From: Iphione sp. A-MEVVRFRX5
Lineage: Eukaryota
Direction: 5' to 3'
DNA length: 64,000 bases
NCBI GenBank assembly: GCA_976226885.1
Contig: OZ320314.1
Location: 6,882,001-6,946,000, forward strand
Shown here: positions 26,540 to 39,345 of the stretch, one piece after another
Numbering within the stretch: the stretch's first letter is position 1
Layout: the number at the start of each line of letters is the position of its first letter
Program-made: the position numbers and the translations under genes
Notes under the pieces: generated by a model
The model's database searches: none
Seen by the model: the letters and a program-made list of their open reading frames with translations, nothing else
Told to the model about the DNA's origin: nothing

Positions 26540-26870
26540 AGAGTTGTCATGGTTATTTTTAGCAAGAAGTCCAGACACCTGTCTACACAGTGACTATTTT
26601 TAGATGCTCTTATGTAATCACAGTGTCATATGACGTGTCTTAAGGAGTATATAAGGCTTTACTTCTCCTGGAATAAACAGTTATTCTCTTAATTGCACTC
26701 TGAGAGAGCACCACTTCAGCAGGCCAATTTTCTGCATTTGGAGTGAGCCATATTTTGTGATAGTTGTTATTTTTTCTCGTTGCCTTCCTTGTCAGAGACC
26801 AAGCTCATGTTACAATGCATAACTCTTCAAAGCAGATTGAAGCAATATCACTTTGATCTTTGATGATCGT
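26540..26870 (+). mobile_element. Second LTR-like family (inverted copy about 40320-40600)
   Basis: taaggagtatataagg..aataaacag..aattgcactc..cagcagg at 26641-26722 is the reverse complement of about 40420-40505. TATA followed by AATAAA. Boundaries approximate. Confidence 0.5.
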
Positions 26871-29800
26871 GGTTAACACATCTGTCTGCTTTATGGCTTC
26901 CAAATCGTATGGATATCACCCTAAGGCATGTTGTCACAGGGTATATCGTCATCTTGTGGTCTGGTTGCATTTTTAGTAATATGCTACATAGTGTTACGGC
27001 CAGACCTTAACATACTGGAGGCAGACTCCCAAGTAAGGTTTAGATGTTTATTGCTGAGAGGTAAGAACGCAACTGAACTAAACTCCGCACGCACTTGCTT
27101 TTATACATACAGTCATATCGTGCGGAGCCAACGTGAGGAGTAACTTACATACATGCTCAGCGTACTGAGTAAGTCGGTGCGGAGTATATTACTGCTCCGC
27201 ACAACAATAGTTTAACATGAGTGGAAAATTCATTCTGAACTCATATGGTTGTATTTAAAATATCTTTCACTTTGCGGTGCAGTCGCATAACAGCATTTGA
27301 CTGTATATACATTAGATATAGCATGGGTGGAGGCTTGTACATGAAATAATGTGAGCTAAAGATACCGGGTCTATGTTCTTGGCAGATTGTGCTCACAAAA
27401 CATGCAGAGCCACCATTGCCCTCTACATGGCTATTGTTTATGATATAATATTAAAAAAAACATTGCCCTAAAGTAACACCAGCAAGTGTAATGGGAGAAA
27501 TCTCATGAAATTTGTTGAGATATATAGCCCTGCACTATTTTATAGTCTGTCCATTGATCTGTGGTAAGTAGTAAGTTACAGTTCATTGTAGCAGCCAGTG
27601 TAATGGCAAAATCTTCTGAGATTTGCCAAGATATACAACTCTTCACTACCTACACTATAGTGGTCTGTCTCATTGTCTGTATCAGCTTGTCCATATATAT
27701 AAAATAACTGCTGCATTGGAAGCCAGTGCAGTTGTTCAGTTACTTTTAATGAATAAACTTTTATTAAGTTATAAAGCACATTCAGTATGTCTCTTCATTC
27801 AGGATGCAACTGTATATCTATTTTATTGCACAGCCTACTACAAAATAACGATACAGTGCTGGCAGTGCAGAATGCCAGTAAAGTACCATTATTTAATGGT
27901 TAACTATAATACAAATCTGCAATACGGAAAATAACAGTCTCATGATAGCATTCTGTCTGAAAGCATGTATGCATGCTAACCACTACCGCCACCCTATCTT
28001 GTCTCTGCGAGCTACTACTGTATAGCCTTCATTATTGTGACTACCTCTCAGTCTGAGGATTTTATAGATTAACAAAGTGTACATGTGAAATCCAGAATTA
28101 GATTAGAGGGTCAATTCTCATTTCTCACTGGTTACATCCGTAGGCAGGAAAATGGGATGAGGGATGGCTGTCCCGAATTGAACATCTGGTTTTCTTCATG
28201 AAGGGAAGTCAAGCACATTTTGCTGGGTAGATGCAACAAGTGGATGTCAGCTTCTCCTTTATTGACTTACAATGTGAATAACCATGGATACCCTTGTCTG
28301 CAGCAAGATTTTTTAAAAGGCACCTGCCAATCTATTCCCGATAAGATAATACAAGTAATGTGAAGACGCTACAGGTGTGTTTAATTTTAAAAATAAAAGT
28401 AACAAAGATGAAGGTCGAAAAAATAGACAAAATAGTGTAGGGGGCTACACAGCATCAAAACCATATTCCCAAATCTTAAACTTGTCATGTTGACCTAACA
28501 TAAACCATTTGTTTCCTTCTATAATTAACAAAGACAAGAATTCGTGTAATCACTCATAAAATCAAGAAAATCACTGTGAAAACGTTTCTGGTAAAAAAAT
28601 GAAATACACCATACCAATAGATATTTTCTCATTAATCTATTCTTTTAACCAACTTGAATACCAAAAAGGAATTCTCTAATCTTAATATCAAATAGTGATT
28701 CTCCAGTGAGAAATAGTGCGCCAGAAATTTTAACTCCAGTTACAAACAGTGAAGAAGTGGACAATATCATCTACGTCAGCGTCACTGGTATTGTAGGTAC
28801 ATGGGGGACTACAAGACACATGGATCCGGTTGAGGTAAGCATATTACAGGCAATAATATCATTATTTATTTATATTGAAAACTCTGCCATGTCCTATTGG
28901 AGAAGAGGATTTATAAATCTTTCCCCATGTAAAATCATCACTGAAGAGTTGAGGCATTAAATTCACCCAATACTGTTGACCGTTTGTCATTGATTGTTTT
29001 AAGGACACCACCAATAAATGTCTTTTGTTGAAAGCCTACAAACATCGATGACCTTTGTGGGTAGTTTGGATGTATAAACTAGAAACCCTAAAGGTAGTAA
29101 TTTCAGCCTTAGGCTGATGTAAATATGTCGAGGAAGGCAAATAACATAGAGGATTATAATCCTTGGTTGAACAGCAGCAAGGTTTTTTTTTATATGGCAC
29201 CTGTCAGTTATTTCTGATGTCAGGTAGAAATTGATTGAGTAAGGTGTTTTTTTATATTTTATAACAACAACAAGAAGAACAAAAAAAGAATAACAAGAAA
29301 TACAAGAAATATAAAAAGGGTGGAGTATTACATCACATCAAAGATATATTCCCATATTTGAAATTTCAAGGGAAGCCCTCCCATGTTCCATGCCATACGT
29401 TCAAGTAGTAATAATTGCTTAAATTCAGCTAACCAAGTATAAGTTGAAAGTGTCCATTTGCAAATCTCTTCTGCCTGAAAAGAAAATACGGGCTCCATAA
29501 CAATATAGCAGCAGGGATTTGACGAGATTTTAAGCACACAGCTCTTGAATGCCACCTATCAGTCTGCAGAGTCATCACTCTTTGGGAATCCCGGAAATGA
29601 CGTAATCTAAATTTGGGACAGCCACAGCAGACATAAACAAGGTGATGCTGCCAATGTCAAAGGGCATGAACAGCTAAGAGTACTGCATGTGATCTATATT
29701 TTGTTAAGTCCAGTCATCATTCATTATCTACCTTGTATTTGTGTCAGTTTACTTCTAGAACTTAACCTGATTTGGAGTTTCTGTGGCAAATTCATTACTG

Positions 29801-31499
29801 CCGACATGGGCTTCATTACTGATAAAACCTGGCAAACGCATTAACTAGCAGACCATTATAGTGATGACAAATTCTAAAACTGACAAGAAGAAAGTGATTA
29901 CATGCAAATTTCTAGTGGTACTACTGTCTTCAGAAGTCTTTTAGGCATTAGGATAATCTCTGAAAATAGATTATTGGTACTGGATGTTTCACCCCATCAG
30001 AGACTGTTACTGTTTGTGTTACTTCACCCCAAACTCATCTGACTCCATTGATGTAGGTGTCTCTCCTCTTCCTATTGGATAACACCTTAGTAACACCAAA
30101 CATCATGCGTTATGTTGTAAACAACATTGATTGGTATGTTTTGATTTTAGCACAGAGGGCATAGAAAATACTCATCTCCATTTTGATAATTATAGTCAGA
30201 TAACCATCAATGTCCATCTTGAAGGTCATAGCCTTTGTTTTCTCTTCATGTAAATCATTTAGGTCAATAAGCTCTTAGTGATAGTTTTTGAAATATGATA
30301 ATTTGCATTCCTTATGTAAAATTACACTTAGCGGCAGCCATTTTACCCTACTACTCCCAGCCTTGTTTTTAACCACTGATTGCATCCACCTCTTCAAAAG
30401 AATTGCCTCGTGATCATTGCAATATTTGTTGAGTAAAAGGATGATACTGAGGATATGGGTACTGGACCCTGGATGCACACATCTCCCTATCTCACAGATT
30501 ACTTACAGTATCCTTGATGACCTCCAGGATTGTGTGTCAGTGTCTATGTCTGTGTGTACATAATGGAAATACATTTCAAAATCCTACAGTCTTCTCAGTA
30601 TTTACTGGAAATACACATGCAAGAAAAGGACACCTTCTACTTGTGATCATGTGGTTTAACTATAAGAAGATTCTTCAAGTCTAATACACTGGAGCTTACA
30701 GTGTATGATAAGTCTGCCAGTCTCAGACTGGTTATTAAGTATTAGTATTGGAAGAGGTCTTTTAGTTTCATTCTCTTCAATTGTTTTACTAGTTAAACAA
30801 ATTAATGATGTTTGACTATAATTAATCTAGTGATGTAAGTGATGTCGGATTAAGGGATGAGCTGTGCCCGATCTAGTCATCATTTGTATAATACGGTGCC
30901 AGGATGCACAGGGGTGGTAAGGGTCTAACAAGTAATGCTTCACAAGGATTTCAGATCACCCATTATTCTGAAAGATTGGATGGATAATGCTTCAAAAGAA
31001 TTCATTTTATGATAACGCTTCACCAGTAATTGCTTCATTGTGCTTTGCCCCCATTGGGGAGGGCATATAATGTTTCGTGGTGAAGTGAAAGGCCCAATAA
31101 TGCTTCACCAAAATTGTTGATTCCCCCTGTGGACACTTCACCTAATTGGGTGTTGCAAGAATGTCGAGAACTATGCGAATGTGGCATCGAAACTTTCCAG
31201 GATAGGTCCATAATATTATGTCACGTATATCACTCGATTAATGAAAAAAGTCAAACATAATAAATTAAACACGTGATCAGCAATGTCATTCAAGGGATGT
31301 TTTGTGTACCGTGCCTGTATCCTTTCACATGAACACTTGCCTGTCTCTCCAAGGAGGATCGCCTGAGGATGTGCCCGAGGACAGAAGAGGTCCAGAACAA
31401 TATCCCTTGCCATCTAATAAAGGGCACATAAAGTCCCAAGTTCAGTGACTGAGATCAAGTGGTCATTTATTACTGAAACAGACATGAAGTGATAATTGT

Positions 31500-32600
31500 G
31501 ACACCAACAACCAAATACAAGGCAAAAGTACAGCAAACAATGATAGCACTACTGAAAAAAAAATGCTACCCATATGTACAGTTCACATACCTAAGTTGTG
31601 GCTGCACTCTCTTGGATACTGTAGCTGAACTTCCTTGCCTACTGCACCAGCCTCCAGTGAAGGTGGAGGGTTCTAACCGTCCTCCAGCCTTTATGATGAT
31701 GTCCAGCGACAGGTCCATCTGTAGCGCCTTGCTCGTAGAAGCAGTGTGAGTGCTATGCGCGGTGAACTTTTCAGTGTGCACCCCACAGGCCTTGAGTGTG
31801 TCTTTGGTATATGTGTACTTATTGAGCATCGTAACCATCATGGGTGTCTTCTGAGAGTACCCCATGAACAGAGTTTCCTTGTGGTTGAAGGCATCTGTTG
31901 CAGCCATGTAGGTCACCAGGTGTTTGTAGACTTAGAGAGTTCTGTCTTCAAAATGTCAGAATACCAGGGTGGGGTTATTGAAATTGTCCCTGGAGTGTTT
32001 GAGTCGTCCAGAGACTTGGCTCATGCGGGAAAATCAGAACTGGATGTCTGCTCTCTTTGTCACTTGGAGGGTCTACACCTTCTGCCTGGAGTCCAAGAGG
32101 CAAAGAGTCACAGTCTGTTTTGTGAGGGCCTCCAGGCTGAGGGTGTGGGCCTCACCCCGTGTGACCAGCTTCTTAAGGACCAGGCCCACATTATGTATAC
32201 TGAGTGTCAACTTGCTCATGCCATGGAAAAAATGAGGACCTAAAGTAGTCCCAACCTTCCCAGGATTGACACAGGATGTTGCAGACCAGGCCCACATTGT
32301 TCCCACCAGGTTTAAGCCTTCTAGTGCCATTTGAATCTCACACCAGAATATGTCAGCAGACACCTGATCAGTGCAGAACTAAGGTGCAGACCGAGGTCTG
32401 GCCTGGCTCCCAGGATTTATGCCTGTTTTTTTACAGGGGAGCTTTAAAAGGAGGCTTTGTGAGCATGGTTAGTGACATTTTCATGTGTTACCTCACTCCG
32501 CCTATGCACTACCCAAGATGGCAGGGAGTAGCATGGTTGAATACTGAAACTGAGACAGATTGGTCCCCAAAAAACAACAAACCTCATATGCCAGGATTAT
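31500..32600 (-). mobile_element. Degraded DIRS1-like tyrosine recombinase relic
   Basis: Broken frames give LSQFQYSTM, LTKQTVTLCLLDSRQKV and TLKACGVHTEKFTAHSTHTASTSKAL..DIIIKAGG. These match DIRS1-type YR motifs (LxYSTI, KTxxLLAL, HSTRxASTS). Boundaries approximate. Confidence 0.75.
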
Positions 32601-32844
32601 AAGCAATGAGAAGGGGGGGGGGGCACTTACGATCCTTACATACTCATGTTTTCCGTTCAATAACCCTTGTTAAAAAAGATGAAAACAGCTGGGTTCCCAG
32701 AGAAAGTAACATGAACATCTGCACACTCCAAGCAACAAGCATAGAATGGCTAGATCATGCACAGCTCATCCCTTGAATGACGTCACTGATCACATGATTA
32801 ATTCATAGTACTCATCACATGATCAGCAACATAGCACTCACACT

Positions 32845-33214
32845 GGGGGGGGGAGTTAGCTGTGGTGGGGGGTTAGCTCAGTGGTAGAGCCCTGGTCCAC
32901 TGATTGAGAGGTTGCAGGTTCAATCCTGGGCTTGGGACTCTTGATCACGACCAGACAGATTTACTATAGCCCCAACCCTGAGTGGTCCACAACTCATAAA
33001 AAGGCCGTGGGTATATAGGATTCTGTCCCCTATGCATAAAAAGATACCAGAAATCTATTTGAAATAAGAGTAGATGACAACCCTGGGTATTCTGGTCTCT
33101 CAATTCTCTATAATAGATGGTAGTATGCTACCCCAGGAGGATATGGAAGAGCCCTGTCATATGTTAGGCGAATATCTATTTCCTGGTTAAAGATACAATG
33201 AAATAAAATGAAAT
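32845..33214 (+). mobile_element. Full-length tRNA-derived SINE
   Basis: A box TAGCTCAGTGG (32874), B box GGTTCAATCC (32917), conserved body, TGAAA/TAAAA-repeat tail. Homologous copies at 14576 and 2496. Confidence 0.85.
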
Positions 33215-33888
33215 TTTTACCTGTTTTCTTTTGAAAACTGCTATTGATGTTATGTCCTGTCCTTTACCAGATATTACCTTCAGAGCAAGGAGACACCAGG
33301 ACTGTATTCTTACTTGAGGAGCTTACTAGTTCATTTTAGATCATTTAAAAGTAAAGGGGGGCATGTTTAACTGGAATGAATCTGGGGAATAACACGACAA
33401 CTCTTAATATGAAAATGGCTCAGTCACAGATGAAAGCCTTCATGTTGATGAGTTTCATAGTAGAGTCGCATAGAATCTCATATTTTATATGGTTTACTCC
33501 TGTAGATACTTATGTATAATTAACCGTTTCAAGGTATGTGGCCTGGATTATATTAGTACATTAAGAACATCACCTTTTCTTTTGTCTACTCCGTACATTT
33601 TTATGCCTGTTTTGGGTATACAACTTGTTTTTTGTCATTTTAACATAAAAATAACTTTTTAAAGTCAGTTTCCTAGTGAATTTGTGGAATCACAAGTCTT
33701 TATTAGTAATACAATGCTATTTGTACCATCATCTTTACTATTTCTTTCTATGTATCTTGTCCTAACATATTTTGAATACATATATATGTATACAGATCTG
33801 GAAATTGTCATAATCCACATTTTCTTCTGTGGCTTTCAGTGGAAGGCAGTTTGTGCCAACAGCATGTCCATATAGATATTGATGCATC

Positions 33889-35649
33889 ATGGGTGGAGGG
33901 CCGAGCAACTTAAGCGAAGCCATTAAGTCTAATGATGCCAGCACAGTGAAACGTCTGTTACGGAAGAAAAAGAAGTTAATCGATGTCAATGGGACACATG
34001 ATGGCCAGACGCCTCTCTTCAAGTCCGTGACATCAAATAGCCTTGATGTGGTGCAAGTTCTATTCGAACATGGTGCTGACCCTGGTGCCCTGTGCATGGT
34101 GAAAAACAAGGAGGGCTTCGAGTTTGAATGGACTGCTCTCCATGAATCATGCAGGTGCATTGCTTGACAGCAATTTTCATGTAGAAATACGACCAGGCAT
34201 TGTGTTGAGAATATTTAAATAACAACCAAATCTTGAGACTGATTTTTTAAAATACAAATCTTTCTAACAATATGTAATGATAAGGAAGAGGCGTGTATAA
34301 AGTAGTCTCATACATACAAAGCAACATTTTATTCCAATGGCAAGTCTTTTTCATTTGATAAGCATTGAATTTTGAGTAGTCTAGTCCTGTTTTGTGTAGT
34401 CTAGTCCTGTAAATGTGATTTTTTTGTCTTTATTTAATATTTTCATGAAAAGTAGTTTTGGTTGTCTGATGAACAAAGGAGACCCAGTTTTGACATTTTA
34501 AAAAATAGTAACCTCATCTAAATCATTACCAAGAGATTTCTTTACAATTTACACAATTACACTTGCAGTCATGACCAGAACTTCACATGTAGAAAAAGAG
34601 ATTCTGTTGAGGTACCATGGCCCTTTTAACACAGTTTTCTAAATATGCATTAGTGCTATTGATATTTCTTAAGATAGAGACACTGTACCTGAAACAATTC
34701 ATACAGATGTAGTTTGGTGTTTTTTAATAACATAAACATGGTACCGTGACACCCCAGAAGTTCTTCCTTTTACCACCTGACAAGGATGTTCCCCAGTTAA
34801 CATGGTTGGCAATGTCTCAGTTCATGAATACCATTTTAGCCGCCTGCTCCGGTGCATAGTTACTTTTTAAAAGCTGGGCACCTGACTTTTACTAGGCTGA
34901 CTATATCGAAAATCGAGAGTAGAAACTGTAAAAGGTGTATAGCTTTACTTGTACCAGGCTTAATACTAGCACATGAAACTAGTTTTGATGGAATTGAGTA
35001 GGCTTTCCTAGTCCTATACGTAGTGTACATGACTGTTTAGTATGAATATGTCTAGTATTATATATATACATGCATGTACTTACGTGACTATGTGTTTCAG
35101 GAAGGGAAACCTACCAATGACAAAGGCCTTGATCCAGGCGGGCTGTGATGTGAATTCGGTCGCTCACCACCAAATGACTCCTGTCCATGTTGCTGCCTGG
35201 CACGGTCACAAAGACATCGTCATCGAGCTTGTGAAAGCAGGTACGTTTCTCGTAATGATGCAGATACTTCTGCATTTTTCATCATAAGAAGGTCCAGGTA
35301 ATGGTACTCAAAGGAAAGCTTACCTGCCGTTTCACATGAATTTCCTTCCGTTCAATGTATACATGCTGCTGAATGAATACACTAGAGAACAGACTGATTG
35401 CTGGATGTTTTGAAACATTGCCCAGTCTGTCTTATTTTCATTGTGTGTGCCACTAAAACTGGATGTACCAGAATGATTATTGGTGAGTGGATGCACTAAT
35501 GGATGGGTGGAAACCGAGTTAGAAAAGTTCAAAGAGACTTTGTATGCACGTATTTCTCAATAGGCGACAGTTACAATTCGAGTAGTAAAATGCTGAGTTG
35601 TAGTGAATTTGAGAAGTAAAAACCTGAGTCCATCTCACTTAAAGCATTG

Positions 35650-35714
<65 letters not shown>

Positions 35715-38334
35715 AAGAGAAAGAGAGAAGGAGGGAGTGTGCCATTGTTTGTGACCTCCATGTGCATCATGTGCCGCAGCCATTTGCTTGTTCATAAAAG
35801 TGCACAGACTGCTCAACAAAAATACCAATAAAAAACAAGTAGTTATTGAAAACATATATTTCACTGAAAGAAAGGAGGAATGACATATGATTGGTTGGAG
35901 AAATATTACCAGTGGTCCCCCCGTAACCGACCACCTCATAACCAACAATACTGCTTATCTGACATAGTTTTGAGGAACCAAATGTGAAAAATCAATTGTA
36001 AAAGTTTCCAAATCTGACATATCTCACATATCTGACAAAATCTTAAGGAACCAAAAATGTTGGATAAGGGGGACCACTGTACATGTATAAATGATGCAAG
36101 CAAACACCCTCCGTACAGATGCATAAGGAGAGCTTGCCTATTCCACACCCAGTGATTCCAGTAGTAGATTTTGTATTGTTGTAAACAAAGACATAGATTT
36201 GATATCAGTGCTGTTCTCTCTGCCCAGATTTTAGTTAACATATACACGTGTGTATGCTTCTCCAGGGTGTGACATCAACCGGCTGGATATGTTCCAGGAA
36301 TCGGCTCTCGTTATTCCCATCTGCTATGGTGACACGCCTGTTGTCGAGGCCCTCATCAACTCGGGTTGTAAGCTGACGAGCCGCAGTTGGGGCAACACCC
36401 GGTGAGTGGCCCAGCCTAAGTGATTAATGGACATGAAATGCTAGTCACCCTCATCCATCAATTCAAACAGAACCCTCACAGCCACAGTCCTATTTGTTGT
36501 ATGTAAACATCAGCAGCTGATAGCACGCTGTTCCCCACCTAAGCAAGGGGACACTTATAAGACTAGCTGTGTCCTACTCTACACAATTCCATGCATCGGA
36601 CACTCCATCTAGACACTGTTTCATTCAAACTTGTCCTTTTATTTAAGCCCTCACAGCCACAATCACATTCGTTGTATGTGAGCATCAGCAGCTGATAGCA
36701 TGCTGTTCCCCGCCTAAGCAAGGGGACGCTTATCAGACTAGCTTTGTCCTACTCTACACTATTCCATGCGTCTCACCATCCATCTAGACACTGTTTCATT
36801 CAAACTTGTCCGTTTATTTAATCTAGCTTCTCGATATATTAGAAGGTGATCGTCATCATGATGGACATTTCACAGAGAATAACTTGATGGCAGGCAGAGG
36901 AATCAGAGAGCTTTTAGACCAACTCGGTCAGTCGATAGCAGCTTAATCTGCCATCAGTTTGTTGATGAGTGACCATTCACCATTCTTGTGGCATTGTTTG
37001 TATGTTCCTAGTCTGATTTGAATGAGTCTAATAAAAAAGTTTGCAGTGTCTTCCATATCTGCCGGCTGCTTTGCGAGTGGAGAGATTTTTAATCCCTGCA
37101 TAATATCTGGCTCCATCAGAAAACCCGATTACATGACATTACCACTGTGAAACAGCTAAACCTGAAGTGTTGACTTTTCTCATTAGCTTATCAAGCAAAA
37201 ATGTGAAACTCTTACACCCAAAGAGCAGAAAGTACATTGTAGTTGGTTGCACTAATTTTTGTACTTTTACATGTAATTTGGTGGTACTGCCTGTTTTCAC
37301 TAAACAATGGTACATTTACAAACCCAACTATGTTGGATGAGTAGTTAAAGTTTTCATCCTCAGAATTACTGGATGAACAGCCACCATGATTTTTATTAAT
37401 ACCTCAGTCATCCGTTGTTTATAAAATCTAGTGGAGAACCTCATAGATCTTTTCTAATGGCTGAAGCAAATTGGTTATCCTACCCAAAGCCAATTCAGAC
37501 AGATTGTCAGACCTATTTACGTCCTTGCACAGTTTGCCATGCTGCAAGATAGAAATGTCAGTTATGTTTGTAAAAGGTTGTTTTAATTCCTGTTTAATGA
37601 TGTTATTGGGGGTTACTTTCAGGAAGGTACGAGGGAAGTACGAGGAGGACTTCAGGAAGACCCTGTACGGGCGGCACGGTCCTTACAGCTTGTTCCTCCT
37701 CGCCATCAAGTACTCCTGGCTGCACATAGCCGGTCTCCTCCTGCAGCACGGCTGCAACCCCAACAAGTACCAACTGCACGACATCCTCAAGAACATCAAG
37801 AGCAACCTGGGCCGGCTGGACACGGAGGGCTGCCACCTCGTCCGCTGCCTGCTGGCCTGCGGGTACCGCCTGACGGAGCGCGACGGCCGGCGGCTGCAGG
37901 CGCTCACCGAGCAGGACGACTACGAGTACTACGACGACGACCTGGTGCGCTGGCTGCAGGCGCAGGTCGGCCAGCCGCTTCCGCTGGCGCAGCTCTGCCG
38001 CGCCGCCATCCGCGCCTGCCTGCGGGTGGCCGGCGGCCACACGTCCATTCTGGGCCGGGTGGAGAAGCTGGCGCAGCAGCTACCACGCTCCCTGCTCGAC
38101 TACCTTTCCGTCAGGGAGCTGGACTACTCGTGCCACCACGGAGGCAGCTCAGCGGGGCAGGGCACTTCCGGTTCCTCAGCGGCAGCGACCACGGCGGCGG
38201 CAGGGTGGAGTGAGACGGTGCAGGAGAGCGCCGACCGCGACCCCCTCTACTTCGCTATGCCTCGCCGACGGCCGCGCTACGACGGACACATCTACAAACA
38301 TTTCTGGCGGGCTTCCTGCTGCCTGTGCAAGTGA
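33889..38334 (+). CDS. Ankyrin repeat and SOCS box (ASB-like) protein, 4 coding exons, 417 aa
   Basis: Exons 33889-34154, 35101-35240, 36266-36401, 37623-38334, all GT-AG and in phase (1254 nt). Ankyrin motifs include DGQTPLFKSV, WTALHESCRKG and MTPVHVAAWHGH. SOCS box PLPLAQLCRAAIRACL...LPRSLLDYL. Specific ASB orthology cannot be assigned. Confidence 0.9.
35656..35728. repeat. (GA)n microsatellite
   Basis: Direct reading. Confidence 0.95.
35910..36079. mobile_element. CAGTGG MITE copy in ASB-like intron 2
   Basis: CAGTGGTCCCC ... GGGGACCACTG|TA. Body is the reverse complement of 46136-46261. Confidence 0.7.
36470..36830. repeat. 175-bp tandem duplication in ASB-like intron 3
   Basis: ccctcacagcc at 36473 and 36648; the two copies are collinear. 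Confidence 0.9.
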
Positions 38335-38344
38335 CAAGTGGAGA

Positions 38345-38590
38345 AGAAGGTACGCAGTGGCTATCGAAAGAAAGTAGCCATGGACCCCAGTCGGACAGTT
38401 GACACATACAATGTATTTATTCGTCGATTATAGAGACAGTCTTTACAATTATCTTATGAGGAATGACCTGTGGAAGGTACGAGTGGGCTATCAAAGAAAG
38501 TAGCCACCCCAGTCAGACAGTAAACATGTATTTAATTGTCAATTTCTGTAATTATTTTATGAGGAATCTGGGCCCTTTGAGGTACGCAGA
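38345..38590. repeat. Degenerate 105-127-bp tandem repeat in the ASB-like 3' UTR region
   Basis: (g)aggtacg..ggctatc.aagaaagtagcca units at about 38347 and 38474, partial at 38579. Confidence 0.7.
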
Positions 38591-39270
38591 TATCTCACGA
38601 CAAAGGCTGTGGAATATCTCCTGTGAGAGGTCCCACAAGGTGACATTTGTAATACGTCAACACTAAAATCCTTGGTTATGACATTGCACAGCGAAAAAAA
38701 TCAATGATTTTGATGTTATACTACTTAAACTGCCCGTTGTATAAAGAGCTACATGTATGCTTGCATTTGAAATATTTCTTGTATTACGCACATTATGTAA
38801 CTAAAGGTTGAAATCTAGAGTGCTATGTTTTTTGTGTCCTTTATTAAACTTCAGGGGGAAAGTGATTATCTTTCCTTAGTTTTATTTGTTCGCTTCTATA
38901 CATGTGTGCATAAATTGAAATTGAGTTGTACATTATTGTCCCCCATTTCATACAGGGCGGGACATTAGGAATGCTGCTGTCCAAACCTTTGTGGGTCTTA
39001 TAACTCTCAAACCTTTGACTCAAAAGAACTTATTTTAATATCTGATATTTGTCTGCATAGTCCAATGGCATTGGGTAATTTTGATAGTACATGTTATTCA
39101 AGTATTTTAAAGATGGAATTATGCCAATGTTACTCTTTTGCTAACACACCTACAAACATACATACATGGTTTAGAGGTTCCTAGGTCTGACAATGCACAT
39201 ACATGCACACACATAAACACTCACCAAAACCTCCCTTCTACCAGTATCACCTTGTAGCAGTTTGGTGCTT

Positions 39271-39345
39271 AGTGAGGCAGAGCCAAAGGTGGTCTGCTCA
39301 GTGAGGCAGAACTGAGGTTTTTTTGCTCAGTGAGGCAGAACCAAT
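39271..39345. repeat. 29-bp minisatellite, about 2.5 copies
   Basis: agtgaggcaga at 39271, 39300 and 39329. Confidence 0.85.

Noticed and set aside
28706-28845. Exon-like segment ending in GTAAGC
   Set aside because: No partner exons or recognisable peptide; insufficient support.
32865-32935. Possible tRNA gene
   Set aside because: A and B boxes are present but continue into a repeated SINE body with two other copies in the window, and no complete cloverleaf acceptor stem is evident.
37603-38086. Antisense ORFs over the ASB last exon
   Set aside because: Shadow frames of GC-rich coding sequence.
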